Shown: positions 13,395-25,706 of the stretch, piece by piece | Position numbering within the stretch: position 1 is the stretch's first letter | Layout: every line of letters begins with the position of its first letter | Origin: Lingula anatina | Lineage: Eukaryota > Animalia > Brachiopoda | DNA length: 64,000 nucleotides | NCBI GenBank assembly: GCA_051362555.1 | Contig: CM120647.1 | Span: 4,526,001 to 4,590,000 of the forward strand | Reading direction: 5' to 3' | Position numbers and translations under genes: made by a program | Notes under the pieces: model-generated | Databases searched by the model: none | Told to the model about the DNA's origin: nothing | What the model saw: only the letters and a program-made list of their open reading frames with translations

Positions 13395-14406
13395 TTAATC
13401 ACGTCGGTTATGTCTCTTTTCCAAAAGTTTCATCAAAGCATCTCGTAGAACAGCATTTCTGTTTTCACCTTCTTCGTCGTCCTCGTCCATTTCATTTTCG
13501 TCGTCGTCGTCTCTCTCGTTGTCGTCCTCTTCATCATCATCGTCGTCATCATCATTTTCATCGGCTTCTCTGTCGTCTGCTTCGTCGTTGTCATCATCAT
13601 CATTGTCATCTTCATCTGCGTCTCTGCTATCTTCAAAGTCATCCATGATTCTTCGGAGAGTCATCTTTATTTCTGAGATCAACTTTCGCTTCAGTGCTTT
13701 CCTCCCCTCGTCATTTAGCTTACTAACATCATGCTCGTCTTTGTTTTCTGTTCCTTGCTCTTTCTTGACAGTCTTTTCAGCGTCACCGGCTGCTTTATCT
13801 TTTAAAGTTTTCTCCAGTAATTTCTGAAGCGCGTCCACCTTGGCATCGTCATCTTTCTCTCTCTGGTGTTCTTTTTTCTCAACTTGGTCCTGTATTTCTT
13901 CAGCAGATCCTAATTCTGAATCGATTAGTTTATATTTGGAGGCATCTGCTTCCTTTTTGTCAGATGAGTCCATGCTCTTCTTCTTCCCTTCAATCTTTTC
14001 TTTCTTAACCGTTTGTTTCTTCGCATCTTTTTCTTTGAGGGCTTTCATTGCTGTTTGAAAAAGGTCCTCAACTTCATCATCGTGTGCTGGATCATCCTTA
14101 TCATTGGCGTCATCAGCATCATCTTCCTTGGCATTAACATCCGTCTTCTGGTCTTTCTTTTCATCAAGGTTTTCCGTCTTCATCTGGTCAGCGGATGCGT
14201 GTTCAAGTATTTTGAGCAGCTTAGTCTCGTCGTCGTCATTAGTGTTCTTGGTTTCATCATCTTGCGCAGAAAACTCCTTGCTGCTTATTTTACCGTCACT
14301 GTTTCCGTCCAGTAATTCGAATTTCTGGAGAATCATATCCTCAGAAAGTTTGTCATGGCCGTCCTCGAGAGAGGCTAGGTATTCCTTCATGTTCAAATTC
14401 CCGTTA
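13395..14406 (-). CDS. Constant (last) exon of a secreted EF-hand, D/E-rich protein (377 aa with any first exon)
   Basis: Acceptor TTCGTTTTTCAG|T, phase 2. Completes EF-hand loop 1 (DKDSNGNLNMKE) and contains loop 2 (DGNSDGKISSKE), a long D/E/K-rich region, a ~60-residue poly-D/E tract, and ends LLEKRHNRRD*. Confidence 0.9.
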
Positions 14407-14611
14407 CTGAAAAACGAAGTTGAAATAATTTAATCAACATGTGTTGCTTGTGACCTTAAAAGTAAAATACAAGAAGAAAGAATGACCAGTAAATAAACCA
14501 GTTAATAAATGAGTAAAATAAACAAAAGAAAAAAATTACCAATTGATATGATTATTGAAAAAATATCTGATACCAGTGGCAACAATGTCACGTGGATTAT
14601 AAGAATAATCA

Positions 14612-14945
14612 GATGATAACACCACGAAAGTATTAAAAGGGCAAGACAGCAAATGTACTTTTTAAGGATACCGAAAGCTTTTACCAGGAATGTGTTTATT
14701 TTAACGAACTTTTATAGGTGTGCTTTAGAAAGTATTTTTACTTATACTGTAACTTTTTGGTGTCGGCATGTAACTTTTCAGGATAAAAACCAACTAGAAA
14801 AGATTGTTTAAACGGCAAGTAATGTAATTGGAATGGATCCTACCCCCATTCATTCCCTTTATCTCGATAGGGTTAAAAATACAACAGCTTCCATCTCGAC
14901 TGATACCACTCACCCAACTCATACCCTATTCATTTATTACCCAGT
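14612..14945 (+). mobile_element. Decayed Rex1/Babar-type LINE, C-terminal part of the RT ORF
   Basis: From 14641 translates ARQQMYFLR...ILTNFYRCALESIFTYTVTFW...DKNQLEKIV*TAS...DTTHPTHTLF, matching the KAQQRLYFLR/LTNFYRCTIESIL/DPSHP pattern. One in-frame stop. Confidence 0.8.
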
Positions 14946-17445
14946 AACTCGAGGCTTTTAGTTTTTCAGCAGTAACTCTTTTAAAACTAATATGTAATTT
15001 CATTCTAGTACATTTAAATATTTTTATTTAAAAATGACGATATTTCAGGGTACAAGTTTCCCGATTTTATATTTTGTACAGTATTTTATTGGTTTAGTAA
15101 ATTATTATCTCTTATCTTATGAATGAGATATGATGTGCCAACTGAAGTCAGACGGAATGGGAGGCATGGATGGTGTGGAATGGGGCTTGGGTGGACATTA
15201 GATGCCCGTTATACATTGCTTGACCGTTGTTGGACAGCAATGAAATGGTTGGCAACATAGAATTGATACGTGCTTTGTGGGGATGTCTCTCTGCCATACG
15301 CCTTGTATCATTTGATTCTATTCGAAAAGAAATAAAAATAATAAAATTCATCATACGTTTTGGGCACGGCCCAGAGTGTTTAAGGATAAATTGGCCAAGG
15401 CACAGGTCAGTCGGTACAGAGGTGATTGCATTACCCCAGGCAAGCACGTTACTACCGTCAGCACAATTCAGATGGAAGGTAAGTGACAATCATTTATTTC
15501 GTGCGTATCCCTTACCTTCATTTTTTTTTTTTTTGTTAGAGGACTTAAGAAAATATCTTGTTGCTGATGTCTACGGGGTTTTGTTACTTTGCACCCAAAT
15601 CACTCGGGAGCCTCACAAGGTGAAGCCCCTTTGTCAACGACGATAAAAACAACTTTGTACTTAAAATGAAATTCTATAGGATAAAAATGTAAGATTACAC
15701 CTGAACGGTTTTAAGTGTAGCGTGGATAAATGATGCATATTTGCGTGTACAGAACGCCCGTATATTCAGGATGTTCAGCCATGTATGGAGAGGGTATGGA
15801 AAACATACTTTAAAATATTTTTAATGCGACAAAATACATTAACACATACATGAAAGTAAAAAATAAAAATAGATAAATAAATAAATAAGTTTCCATTTAG
15901 GCATATAAGGGAGAGCAAATTACCACCATCTTCCAGGGCCACAGGATTATATTTTATCGTCCGATAATCACAGAATTTTTCCACAAAATTGACTTTCAAT
16001 CAGCCAGTCTCCGTATATTGTGTCTTCGCGTTGGAAACATTTATTGAAATGCAGTAGTTCTTTTGGCAATATCATAAGAAATAAAGCGATATTTTACAAG
16101 GAAGTGTGTCGTCTGCTTGATGTAGGCCTACAAGTACCAATCCATGATGAGGTTTGAATGTGCGGCGTCGGGCGGTTTATAGTTACTGGTGAAAGCGGTA
16201 ACTTAATCTTTGGACGAAGTTATTTCTATATTTAAATGCATTTTCTTGTTATTGTACAAGAAAGTAATGGTCGTGACCTCGTACATTGTACAACCAAAGG
16301 ATGCCAGGTCAAGCACTATTGACTGGTGAGGTCGTGGCTATCAATTGTCACATTCTTTATTTCCCCGTTTTTAACGCTACTTTTCGTATGGCACACAAAT
16401 GTATGTATTCTTAGGTAACGTGGTGATTGTTTTGTGTTATATCTCTACGATATTGCACCAAAGTAATTTCCCTTGTGTTTGTGCGTGCCTGTGTGTTTGA
16501 ATGGGGGGGGGGGGGGGGGGGGGGCACGTGCGTACTTTTATTATAAAATTAACAAAAGTCAAGCAAGATGATACAAAATTAGCTTAGGCTACAATATACT
16601 TGAACTAAAGCAAAAATATTTCATCCTTGTGATCATCACTCCCTTGAGCAAAATTCTCAATTTGTCGGTGGACTCCTCCAGGGCATCAAAATTTAAAAAA
16701 AAAAAAAATGTAGCATTGCCTAATTTCCCTTTATGACACTATTAAATTGAAAGATCAGGTGTACGGTGTCAGGGTTTTTTATTGTTTCATTTTCTTACGG
16801 TATTTTTTTTTCAAAAATTCTCATTCAAAGAATTTTCTTCAAAGAAAACCTGTGCTGCATTTAATAAAACAATTAGCATATTTTGCACATGGTATTTGCA
16901 CAATAATTGACGTCATCAATCAGCTTGTCTCTGGCAGAGAGTAACGAATTGCTATGTGTCTTTTCTTCGGAAACGTCTCATGACCTATAAAAGTAGATGC
17001 TTTTTATTCAAATAAATAAATAAATAAATAAAGCGATATTTAACAAGACAATGTGTTGCCTTCTTGATGTACGAATAACGCGACGAAATCTCATGGTGGT
17101 CATACGGGTCATTGCCTCGTGAATTAGGTTACTTAAAATATTGACAAATTTGCTTCTTTATGTATAAACATTTTGATGTATTGGTGCCTTTAATGAATGC
17201 AGAAATGCATGGCGGGAGGAATACATAAAAACAAACAATTAATTGTCGTGGTCTCATAAATCATATGGTTTTATCCGCAACTAGAGACCAAAAAAATGAT
17301 AACAAAAGAAGTATAAGCTAGTGAACATCATATGTTCCATTCTTTTTTCCCAGTTATGCACTTTTCTTTTGGAATACAGTATGAATTCTAATAATACCTG
17401 GTGATGGTTTAGTGGAATAACTCCACGATTTTGCAACACATTACT

Positions 17446-17446
<1 letters not shown>

Positions 17447-17487
<41 letters not shown>

Positions 17488-17560
17488 CGTGTGTTTTTGT
17501 GCGTGTGTGTGAGTAAATGTGTGTGTGCGTGTGTACATGTATGTGTGTGTATGTGTGTGG
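17447..17560. repeat. (TG)n microsatellite (paralogous copy at about 22277-22338)
   Basis: Direct reading. Confidence 0.95.
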
Positions 17561-18311
17561 GTGGGTGGGTGGAAAGGTGGTTGGTGGACCTCGAGAGACC
17601 CTTTATTGAAAAAAAGCGAATGGTAAGCAAAATAACACAGGATTGTCTCAGGCTATAATTTATATCTACTGTGGGAGACGAGGCAAATTACTTTGTTTCT
17701 TGTACTCCCCACCCCTTAAGCAAAATTTTAGATCCGCCACTGCATTTCCCCGTTTTGAAAAGGTGAAGGCGCTGTTTTTCTTTTCTTTCCTCGCTTCACT
17801 GCTATTTATTATTCTTTTTTTAATTCTATGGTAAATTGGAACCACAATCGTTGCTCTATATTTCATACTATTATGTAGTGTTGGGGAGTGTCTTATCTAC
17901 CAGTAATCCCAGCTGAATAATAGTGTTAGAGCAACCTCACGGGAGAATGCTTTCTCATATAAGACGCAATTTTACATGGGTATGCACACGAATCATATAT
18001 TTGTGTCACCACTGTCTGTTATTAGAACTCCCTAATAAAGGTGAGGTCTCTGGGCTACATATCTACAAACAATTGTGTCCCATATTGGACCCTGTCTAAA
18101 CTTGCTAAACACCCGACCCAAGGGTATTTTTTTCATATTAATCAGGCAAAATAACACGGAATATTGATTTTAGGGAGAACACAACTACATAAACATAAGA
18201 ACATTAAGCGCCCATGGCCAAGGGTTAATACATATGCAACACCTCGCAGGAACTGCGTTGAAAACAAAACCAGGTATTTGAGCTTTATTACAAAGAACTT
18301 CATTATCTTAC

Positions 18312-18433
18312 CTATCTTTATCAAAATCGTCAAACTTTCGACTAGTACCAGGGGGAGCGGCGGAAACCCCGTCAATAACGCACAGCAACGCTCCAATGAT
18401 AATAACGGCGAGGGATGTTTTCAATATCTGCAT
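18312..18433 (-). CDS. EF-hand protein first coding exon 1a (signal peptide and start of EF-hand 1)
   Basis: MQILKTSLAVIIIGALLCVIDGVSAAPPGTSRKFDDFDKD + AG|GTAAGA. 122 nt, phase 2; splices in frame to 14406 and rebuilds the EF loop. Confidence 0.9.
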
Positions 18434-18656
18434 CTCGGTGTGCTTGGTCTTCTTGATTCAGAAACACGTTTTGCGAGGAATTTAATGACTTGGAACAAGT
18501 AGAGATGGTAGGGTCTCTGGGTCTCCTCAAAATAAGAGTACTGTAGACTGACCTCTACCTGTACTTGTCTACCAGATAGAATGTTAGTCCTTCAAATCAA
18601 CGGTGAATTTGGGACTCTTACTAGCCCGAAGGATTGAGCAGAAGCCTTAGACCTAG

Positions 18657-18698
18657 AGCAAAGATCGCAAAGGGAGTCGCCTTAAATACCGCCTCCAA
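18657..18698 (-). promoter_or_regulatory. Candidate core promoter of exon 1a (TATTTAA box)
   Basis: 42-bp block identical in all three units (also 25933-25974 and 28622-28663). It contains minus-strand GGCGGTATTTAAGGCG about 250 bp upstream of each ATG. Confidence 0.5.
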
Positions 18699-20088
18699 AT
18701 CAACTCGTCACACCAGATATTCTACACATACATATAATACTTTATTATAAAAAGAGTCTTCCAAGCGAAAAAAAGTGGTTTTAGACCCCACTGTGGGCTC
18801 CGTGGTGCATTTAGAATTAGTTTGTCGCTATTCATACCCAGCGAATATTCCTTTTGACTGGGAAATTTGAATATGAAAAGGACACACTTTATGTTTTTTT
18901 TTTTTTTTTTTGACACAATGGAGAATGACCGCCTTGATGTCCATAGTGCATGAGCGTCACAGGTGAAAGAGTCCCACCGTAACACCCGGCTGATTCTATA
19001 TAACTCAACACATTATAGGTGGCTGAAAGCTGTGCTAAAGGCACTCCCATACTAAGCGGTTAGCGAAAATAATATACGCAGACAGACGCAATGTGTTCGT
19101 CGTTCAAACTCGTATGCGTAGGCAAACGTTCAAACCTTGAATGTGTGAATACCAGGAGAATGCTGTGAGCATGTTCAAAAACAATTTTATACGTCGCTTA
19201 TATCCTCACTTAAACACGCTGGAAACGGGGTTATTTCATACGCTCAAAGTTTGCATATAAACAATGTCACACAGGACACTTATACATGTGTAGGTATGTC
19301 TTTACGCTAGTTGTAACAGAGGCTTTATTTGGAGACGCTTTACGTCGCCTCGGCCGAGCACCAACGCGTTTAGGAGAGTACATTATATGGATTTTCGGCA
19401 AGCTTTAGAATTTATTCTATGCGACGGCGGAGAGAGAACAAAGAAAGGGCTTCAACCGGCACACATATACGTGTGTGTGACGGGGCAAAGTAAAACGTGC
19501 GGGGGTGGGGGCAACGATTTGCAATTCGAATAGCGAATTCATTGATAATAAGACATATTATTTATCGTTTAACTTGATTTATTTTGTCTTTCAGTATGCT
19601 GATACGTTTACAAAAGCCCCAGTAAGTATTAATCATCAACCAATGATTATTATCACATATAATGTTATTCATTGCTTCCGGTTGTCTGACCGAATTGGTG
19701 TTCATCTCAACAACAGCAATTGCCCGAGCCGCACCGCCTACCGGAGGTAATTTCACTACGCTCCTAATGCTCAACAAGTGTAAATTTGGTGACATTAATT
19801 TTGGTGGTGTCTTATCAATTTACTGGACACTTATTTACCTTTGTGGAAATCACAGTTTGAGGACATACAAGCTATGAATCTAAATAAATGGTACCAAGTA
19901 TGGACATCTTTACCGCTATTTTGTCTTTTCTGTACCATTAATCATATTAGTTATATATAATCATGACGTCTGGAATAAAATGCACTGTTTGTAACAATTA
20001 CACCTGTGAGGTGATCATTATAAGCGGCCATTTTAGCAATGTTGTCAGCAGACTGCATAAAATATCAGTGAGACGCAATTGATCCCGG

Positions 20089-20932
20089 TGTAACATTAAA
20101 ATCTGAGTCCCCCAAAATGTGACTCCCCAGTCAAATTTTCATAATGAAAATGTGACTCTGCCCATGAAATTTTGACTCCCCCCAAAAAATTTTATAAATA
20201 TAATTTTATTTGAGTATATGACTTTTATATTGTGGTATGCATAATGGAGGATACATTTGCACTTTTTGTTAGTTTGCAGATGAATATTTTAATGAGAAAA
20301 TAACAAAATTAAAAATGTGTATTTTATCACCCAATGACTCCCCTATGAAAAAGCTTTTTATTTGATTTTTACTTGGTGATCATTTCAACATTTGTCCCTT
20401 TAGTATACTTTATGAAGAATACATTGAGAATAATTGAAAGTTTGGTGGTAAAATATATGATGCAAAAATAAAAAAAAAAGATAATCATGAAAAATCTTTA
20501 TATTCATACCCATGGTAATTTGGACTCTCATGAAGAAAAGGCACTATTTTATATTAAGTCACCATACCATTGTTTTTCACATGGTTTGCATTGTGACGTA
20601 TATTTTATTAGTATTTAAAAGTTTGGTGCTGGAAATTTTGGTGAAACTTGATAATTTTTTAAACAAGTATTCATCTAACTAACTGTAGGATTTGGACTAG
20701 CTCAGCCGTTTCATGGGAGTCACTGGGTGTAAAAAATATTTTAATTTTCTCATTTCCTCATGAAAATTTTCAAAAAGTGCCAATCCTTCATTATGCATAC
20801 TTCAAGACAAAAGTTATATATTCAAATAAAATAAGATTTATAAAGGTTTGTGAGGGGGAGTCAAATTTCCATGGGGAGAGTCAGATATTCATTATGAAAT
20901 TTTGACTGGGGGTGTTAGATTTTCATGTTACA
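20089..20932. mobile_element. Ginger1-like non-autonomous element X (844 bp)
   Basis: TGTAACA...TGTTACA termini, CCGG on both sides, long imperfect TIRs. A second, truncated copy lies at about 27300-28090. Confidence 0.75.
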
Positions 20933-20960
20933 CCGGCTCCAACATGAAGGCGTCATCTGC

Positions 20961-21025
20961 TCATGACATAAATGTATCATCGTTTTGAGCTTCACTTATC
21001 TCTACCTTACGTCTGGGAAGTATCT
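20961..21025 (-). pseudogene. Orphan 3'-terminal fragment of an SLC5A7-like last exon
   Basis: Encodes ...VEISEAQNDDTFMS* with the same 3' flank as copies A-D. Cut off at the duplication junction. Confidence 0.85.
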
Positions 21026-22899
21026 TATTAATGAGATATGATGTGACAACTGTGAATTGAGACGGAATGAGAGGCATGGATGGTGTTGAATGTGGCTGGG
21101 ATGGACATTAGGTGCCCGTTTTACATTTGCTTGACCGTTGTTGGACAGCAATGAAATGGTTGGCAACATAGAATCAACACGTGCTTCGTAGGAAGGTCTC
21201 TCTGCCACACGCCTTGTATCATTTGATTCTATTCAAAAAGAAATAAAAATAATAAAAATCGTCATCATAAGGTTTGGGCACAATCCAGAGTGTTTAAGGA
21301 TAAATTGGTCAAGGCACAGGTCAGCCGGTACAGAAGTGATTGCATTACCCCAGACAAGCACGTTACTACCGTCAGCAATATTAAGATGGAATGTTTGTGA
21401 CAATCATTTCTTTCGTGCGTTTCTCTTACCGAGATTTATTGTTAGAGGATTTAAGAAAATATCTTATTTCTCAATTTGTTGGTGGACTCCCCGAGGGCAT
21501 CAAATTGAAAAAAAAAAAAAAAGATGTAGCATTGCCGAATTTCCCTTAATGACGCTATGAAATTGATAGATCAGGTTTACAGTGTCAGGGTATTTTTTTA
21601 TTGCTTCTCTTTCTCAAAATTTTTCAATTTTTTCCCAAAAGTTCTCATTAGAATCAGAATAAAGGAAAAGCATTTAATAAAACATAGTTTGCACATAGTA
21701 TTTGCATAGTCAGTCAGCATAGTTTGCACATAGTATTTGCACAATAATTGACGTCATCAATCAGCATGTCTCTGGCAGAGAGTAACGAATTGCTATGTGT
21801 CTTTAGAAACCTCTCATGACCGATAAACGTATATGTTCTTTATTCAAATAAATAAATAAAGCGATTTTTAACAAGGCAATGTGTTGCCTTCTTGATGTAC
21901 GAATAACGCGACGAAATCTCATGGTGGTCATACGGGTCATTGCCTTGTGAATTAGGTTACTTAAAATATTGACAAATTTGCTTCTTTATGTATAAACATT
22001 TTGATGTATTGGTGCCTTTAATGAATGCAGAAATGCATGGCGGGAGGAATACATAAAAGCAAACAATTAATTGTCGTGGTCTCATAAATCATATGGTTTT
22101 ATCCGCAAGTAGAGACCAAAAAAATGATAACAAAAGAAGTTTAAGCTATTGAATATCACATGTCCCATTCTTCTTTCCCCGTTTTTCTTTTGGAATACAG
22201 AATGAATTCTAATAATACCTGGTGATGGTTTAGTGGAATAACTCTACGGTTTTGCAACATACATGTATTTCTCCTCTGTGTGTGTGTGTGTGTGTGAGTA
22301 AATGTGTTTGTGCGTGTGTGTATGTGTGTGTGTGTGTGGGAGGGAGGGTTGGTGGTGGACCACGAGAGACCCTTTATTGAAAAAAAAAAAACATAGCAAC
22401 CAAAATGACACAGGATTGTCGCAGGCTATCATTTGTTTCTACTGTGCGAGAGAGGCTACTTTGTTTATTTTTTCTTTCTTTCACCCCTTAAGCAAAATTT
22501 AACAATCGGCACTGCATTTGAAAAGGTGTATGCGCTGTTTTCTTTTCTTTCCTCGCTTCACTGCCATTCATTTTTTAAAAAAAATTCTAAGGTAAATTGG
22601 AACTACAATCGTTGCTCTATATTTCATACTATTATGTTGTGTTGGGGAGTGTCTTATCTACCGGTAACCCCAGTTGAACAATAGTGTTAGAGCAACCTCA
22701 CGGCAGAATGCTTTCTAATATAAGACGCAATTTTACATGGGTATGCACACGAATCAAATATTTGTGTCAGCACTGTCTGATATAAGAACTCCATAATAAA
22801 GGTGAGGTCTCGGGGCTAACTATCTACGAACAATTGAGCCCCATATTGGATCCCGTCTAAACTTGCTGAACACCCGACCCATGGATTTGTTTTCTCTTT

Positions 22900-25031
22900 C
22901 AGTCATTCTTTGCTAGTGGTGCACTGCAGGGGGGCCATAACAAGAATGTTATTTAAATTTAGATAGCCAACCAAATTCTCATGACATCGTTGTGTATGTT
23001 TCAATAACAAATCAAAGAAGCTGCATGAGCAAGGAGGATGCTGTTATAAAAGCAAAATAAGAGAAAAAGCAGAAAATATATCGAAATAACCCTCAAAATG
23101 GCGTCCTTTTTTTGTGGAATTTTGACCCTACCTCTATTTAAGAACAGTTTGTTTAGGGTTTGAATGGATTATTGAAGCAGGGAATACATCTACTGCAAGA
23201 AGATTTAATAAACAGAATGTGCAAATTGTTATTTAAATAAAAATTTATTTGAAGTCACTGAAAAATGATCACAAAATTAGCTTAACTTACGATACATGCG
23301 GTGTCCCACCCCGATGAAAATTTCATCTAATCCTATCTTTCCGTATTAAAACTGTTCAATCGTCCAAAGTAGTATGTCGGTTAGTTTGTGTCACGAAGTC
23401 CATGATAATATCAGTTTTCTTAGGAATTTCACATTTATTGCTCAGCAAGGTCGATTTTTCTTCACCGCGTCCCAATATAACGTTCGCAACGCTGAAACTT
23501 CAGAGATCGATTTATATCAGACGACTTTAAAATGCCGCGTGAAAATTATACATCGATAGCGATCTTCTTCCATACTCACTAACTGATGACGTCTTACACA
23601 CGAATGGCTTCTTTTGCACACTAAAAAAACCAGCTCAAACTGGCGGGTGGCCCATTCTGATAACATATCACGCAATGACGCTGTCGAGATAGGATGCAGG
23701 GCACAGGTGTAATTCCCTCGATTTAACCGTCACAGGATTGTTTATTGGGATCTTCTTTGTATGAAGGTGAGAAATAATGAGTTTCGTTTCATTTTTCTTC
23801 AATTGTTTCAACATATTTGTGTACCGATTGATTTTTACCATTCTATAAGTAGGGTGACTTCGTCTGAACTTTCGTTTTGCGTCTGTTTCACATGGGGGAC
23901 TAAAGGTCATATTGAACATGGTGACGCGGTGATACCGTATTCATGTTCTCTTGTTCTCGAAAACTCAATCATCGAAATTGAATTACTTTTTTTTAGTTTT
24001 GTCTTAAATTAAGCTGCTACACTGTATTCCGTGCGTTTAAAATTTAACCGTCTGTAAAAACAGCAATAATGGATTACTAGCAACACTTACGTTACGCAAT
24101 GAAGCACCGAAAATGGGTGAAGAAAATGTGTCTCAGTAATGCGTGTTTGCCACTCATAATGCACTGTACTTTGCTTGAATAAGCAATAAACTATTTGTGA
24201 TCTTAGGTTATCCATTGTTCGTTATCAGAGTTAACAGATTCTTTGTGTGATTTTTTTTCAGAATCCCAAGGGTGGATGCCTTAGTGAGCACAGAACAGAT
24301 ATCACCATTGGTCTACATATGTCAGGAAGAATGTTATAATTATGAACTTTGTGTTACACTGAACTTCATTTTGTTAAATTTTGTATTTAACTGAACTTTA
24401 TTGTGTTAAAATAATAATAAAAAAATAATAGTTCTGATAAAAAACTACAATCTGGAACATTCTTTAGATCAACTTTGTTCAGTGTGTGTCCCATATGACA
24501 GAGTTACAGTAAATAAAATATGTGCATTATTCCTCTGTGTTTGTCAATTCCATTTTAAAAGCATGTGCAAGTGGTGTGCCCCTCATGATTGAAGTGTGTA
24601 TGGATAATAGCAAAAATATTGTTATTATTTACATGATTATAAAAAGTTTTTGTACCCGCGTCAGTAACGTAACCGTGAACCCCATATTCACCATTTTTAT
24701 TAATTATGAAATGTGGATTAAATTCTTCAAACCCAGTTTTGAAGCATTGAGACAACACCCCCTTATGATTTAAACTAAAACTGAAAACATTCCATTAGAC
24801 TTTCATTAGTTTGTGCAAAATATATTGCCCAGGGTAACGCGTCTTGGATTTGGTGGGTATAGCTGTTCAACTCTCCTGTGTGCCCTAAAAAGGGCAGCTG
24901 CTGTTTCCCTTTTTATGAAATGATAAACTGTGATGGTGTAGCTATCACATCGCAAAATTACAGCTTCCCAGAGAAAGTTTGAAATTTTCGGTCAAATTCA
25001 ACATTTTGTAACCACTAGCAAAGAATGACAG
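22900..25031. mobile_element. Non-autonomous TIR element of about 2.1 kb, present only in unit 2
   Basis: Perfect 19-bp inverted repeat GTCATTCTTTGCTAGTGGT / ACCACTAGCAAAGAATGAC, with possible CTTT TSD. Absent at the homologous site in unit 1 (about 18125). Confidence 0.75.
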
Positions 25032-25212
25032 CTTTAGATGTCTTCATCATATTAATCAGGCAAAATACGTATTTGAATATTGTTTTTAGGGCGAACACCA
25101 CTACATGTAGGATCATTTAGCGCACTGGCCAAGGGTCAATACAACCGTAACACCTCTTAGGAACGTCAATAGCTCACCACTAACTGCAATAGAAATAAAA
25201 TCAGGCGTTTAA

Positions 25213-25549
25213 AGGGATAATAACTCTTCGTAGGAGATCTATATTTCACAATCAAAATATTGTGAATAACTCATAGAAATATAATATATTCTGTTTTACG
25301 ACAAAAACAGCAGTTATAGCCATTATTCTGATATCTAAGCTTGTCTTCAGATAACGTGACCTCCATTGATAGCTATACTCTGTTATAGTCTCTTAAGAGA
25401 TTTTAACAAAAAAACAAACTTTTTAGAAAAAAAACAGGGACTAACTTTGAATGTAAAAATGGATTCATTAACCATTGGTAAGTAAGGGAAAATTGTTGTT
25501 TACTCCAGGAAAATTCATTTTTTGGCCAAAACGAAGAGTTATTATTGCT
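25213..25549. mobile_element. Kolobok-like MITE (TTAA TSD)
   Basis: TTAA|AGGGATAATAACTCTTCG ... CGAAGAGTTATTATTGCT|TTAA. Absent in units 1 and 3. Confidence 0.75.
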
Positions 25550-25584
25550 TTAAGCTGCTATTACAAAGAGCTTCATTATCTTAC

Positions 25585-25706
25585 CTATCTTTATCAAAAT
25601 CGTCAAACTTTCGATCATTTGCAGTGGAAGGGGCGGAAAATCCGTCATCAACGCACAGCAACGCTCCAACGATAACCACGGCGATGGATGTCTTCATCAT
25701 CTGCAT
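25585..25706 (-). CDS. EF-hand protein alternative first exon 1b
   Basis: MQMMKTSIAVVIVGALLCVDDGFSAPSTANDRKFDDFDKD + AG|GTAAGA. 122 nt and open; no exon 2 of its own in the window. Confidence 0.6.

Noticed and set aside
13340-14433. Plus-strand Ser-, His- or Arg-rich ORFs
   Set aside because: Antisense shadows of the D/E-rich coding exon.
15148-15646. Overlapping 113-aa and 139-aa ORFs with splice-like signals, repeated at about 21002-21560
   Set aside because: No recognisable domain. Frames and the plus-strand GTAAGT donor are not kept between the two copies, and splicing exon 1 to the minus-strand AG gives an immediate stop (RIK*). Conservation is explained by the duplication.
17281-17658. 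HT/CV-repeat ORFs
   Set aside because: Translations of a (TG)n microsatellite.
18142-18396. ORF-track proteins MERCCALL... (also 28035-28355), superficially like degraded transporter exons
   Set aside because: Wrong frame; the real frame is the signal-peptide/EF-hand first exon.
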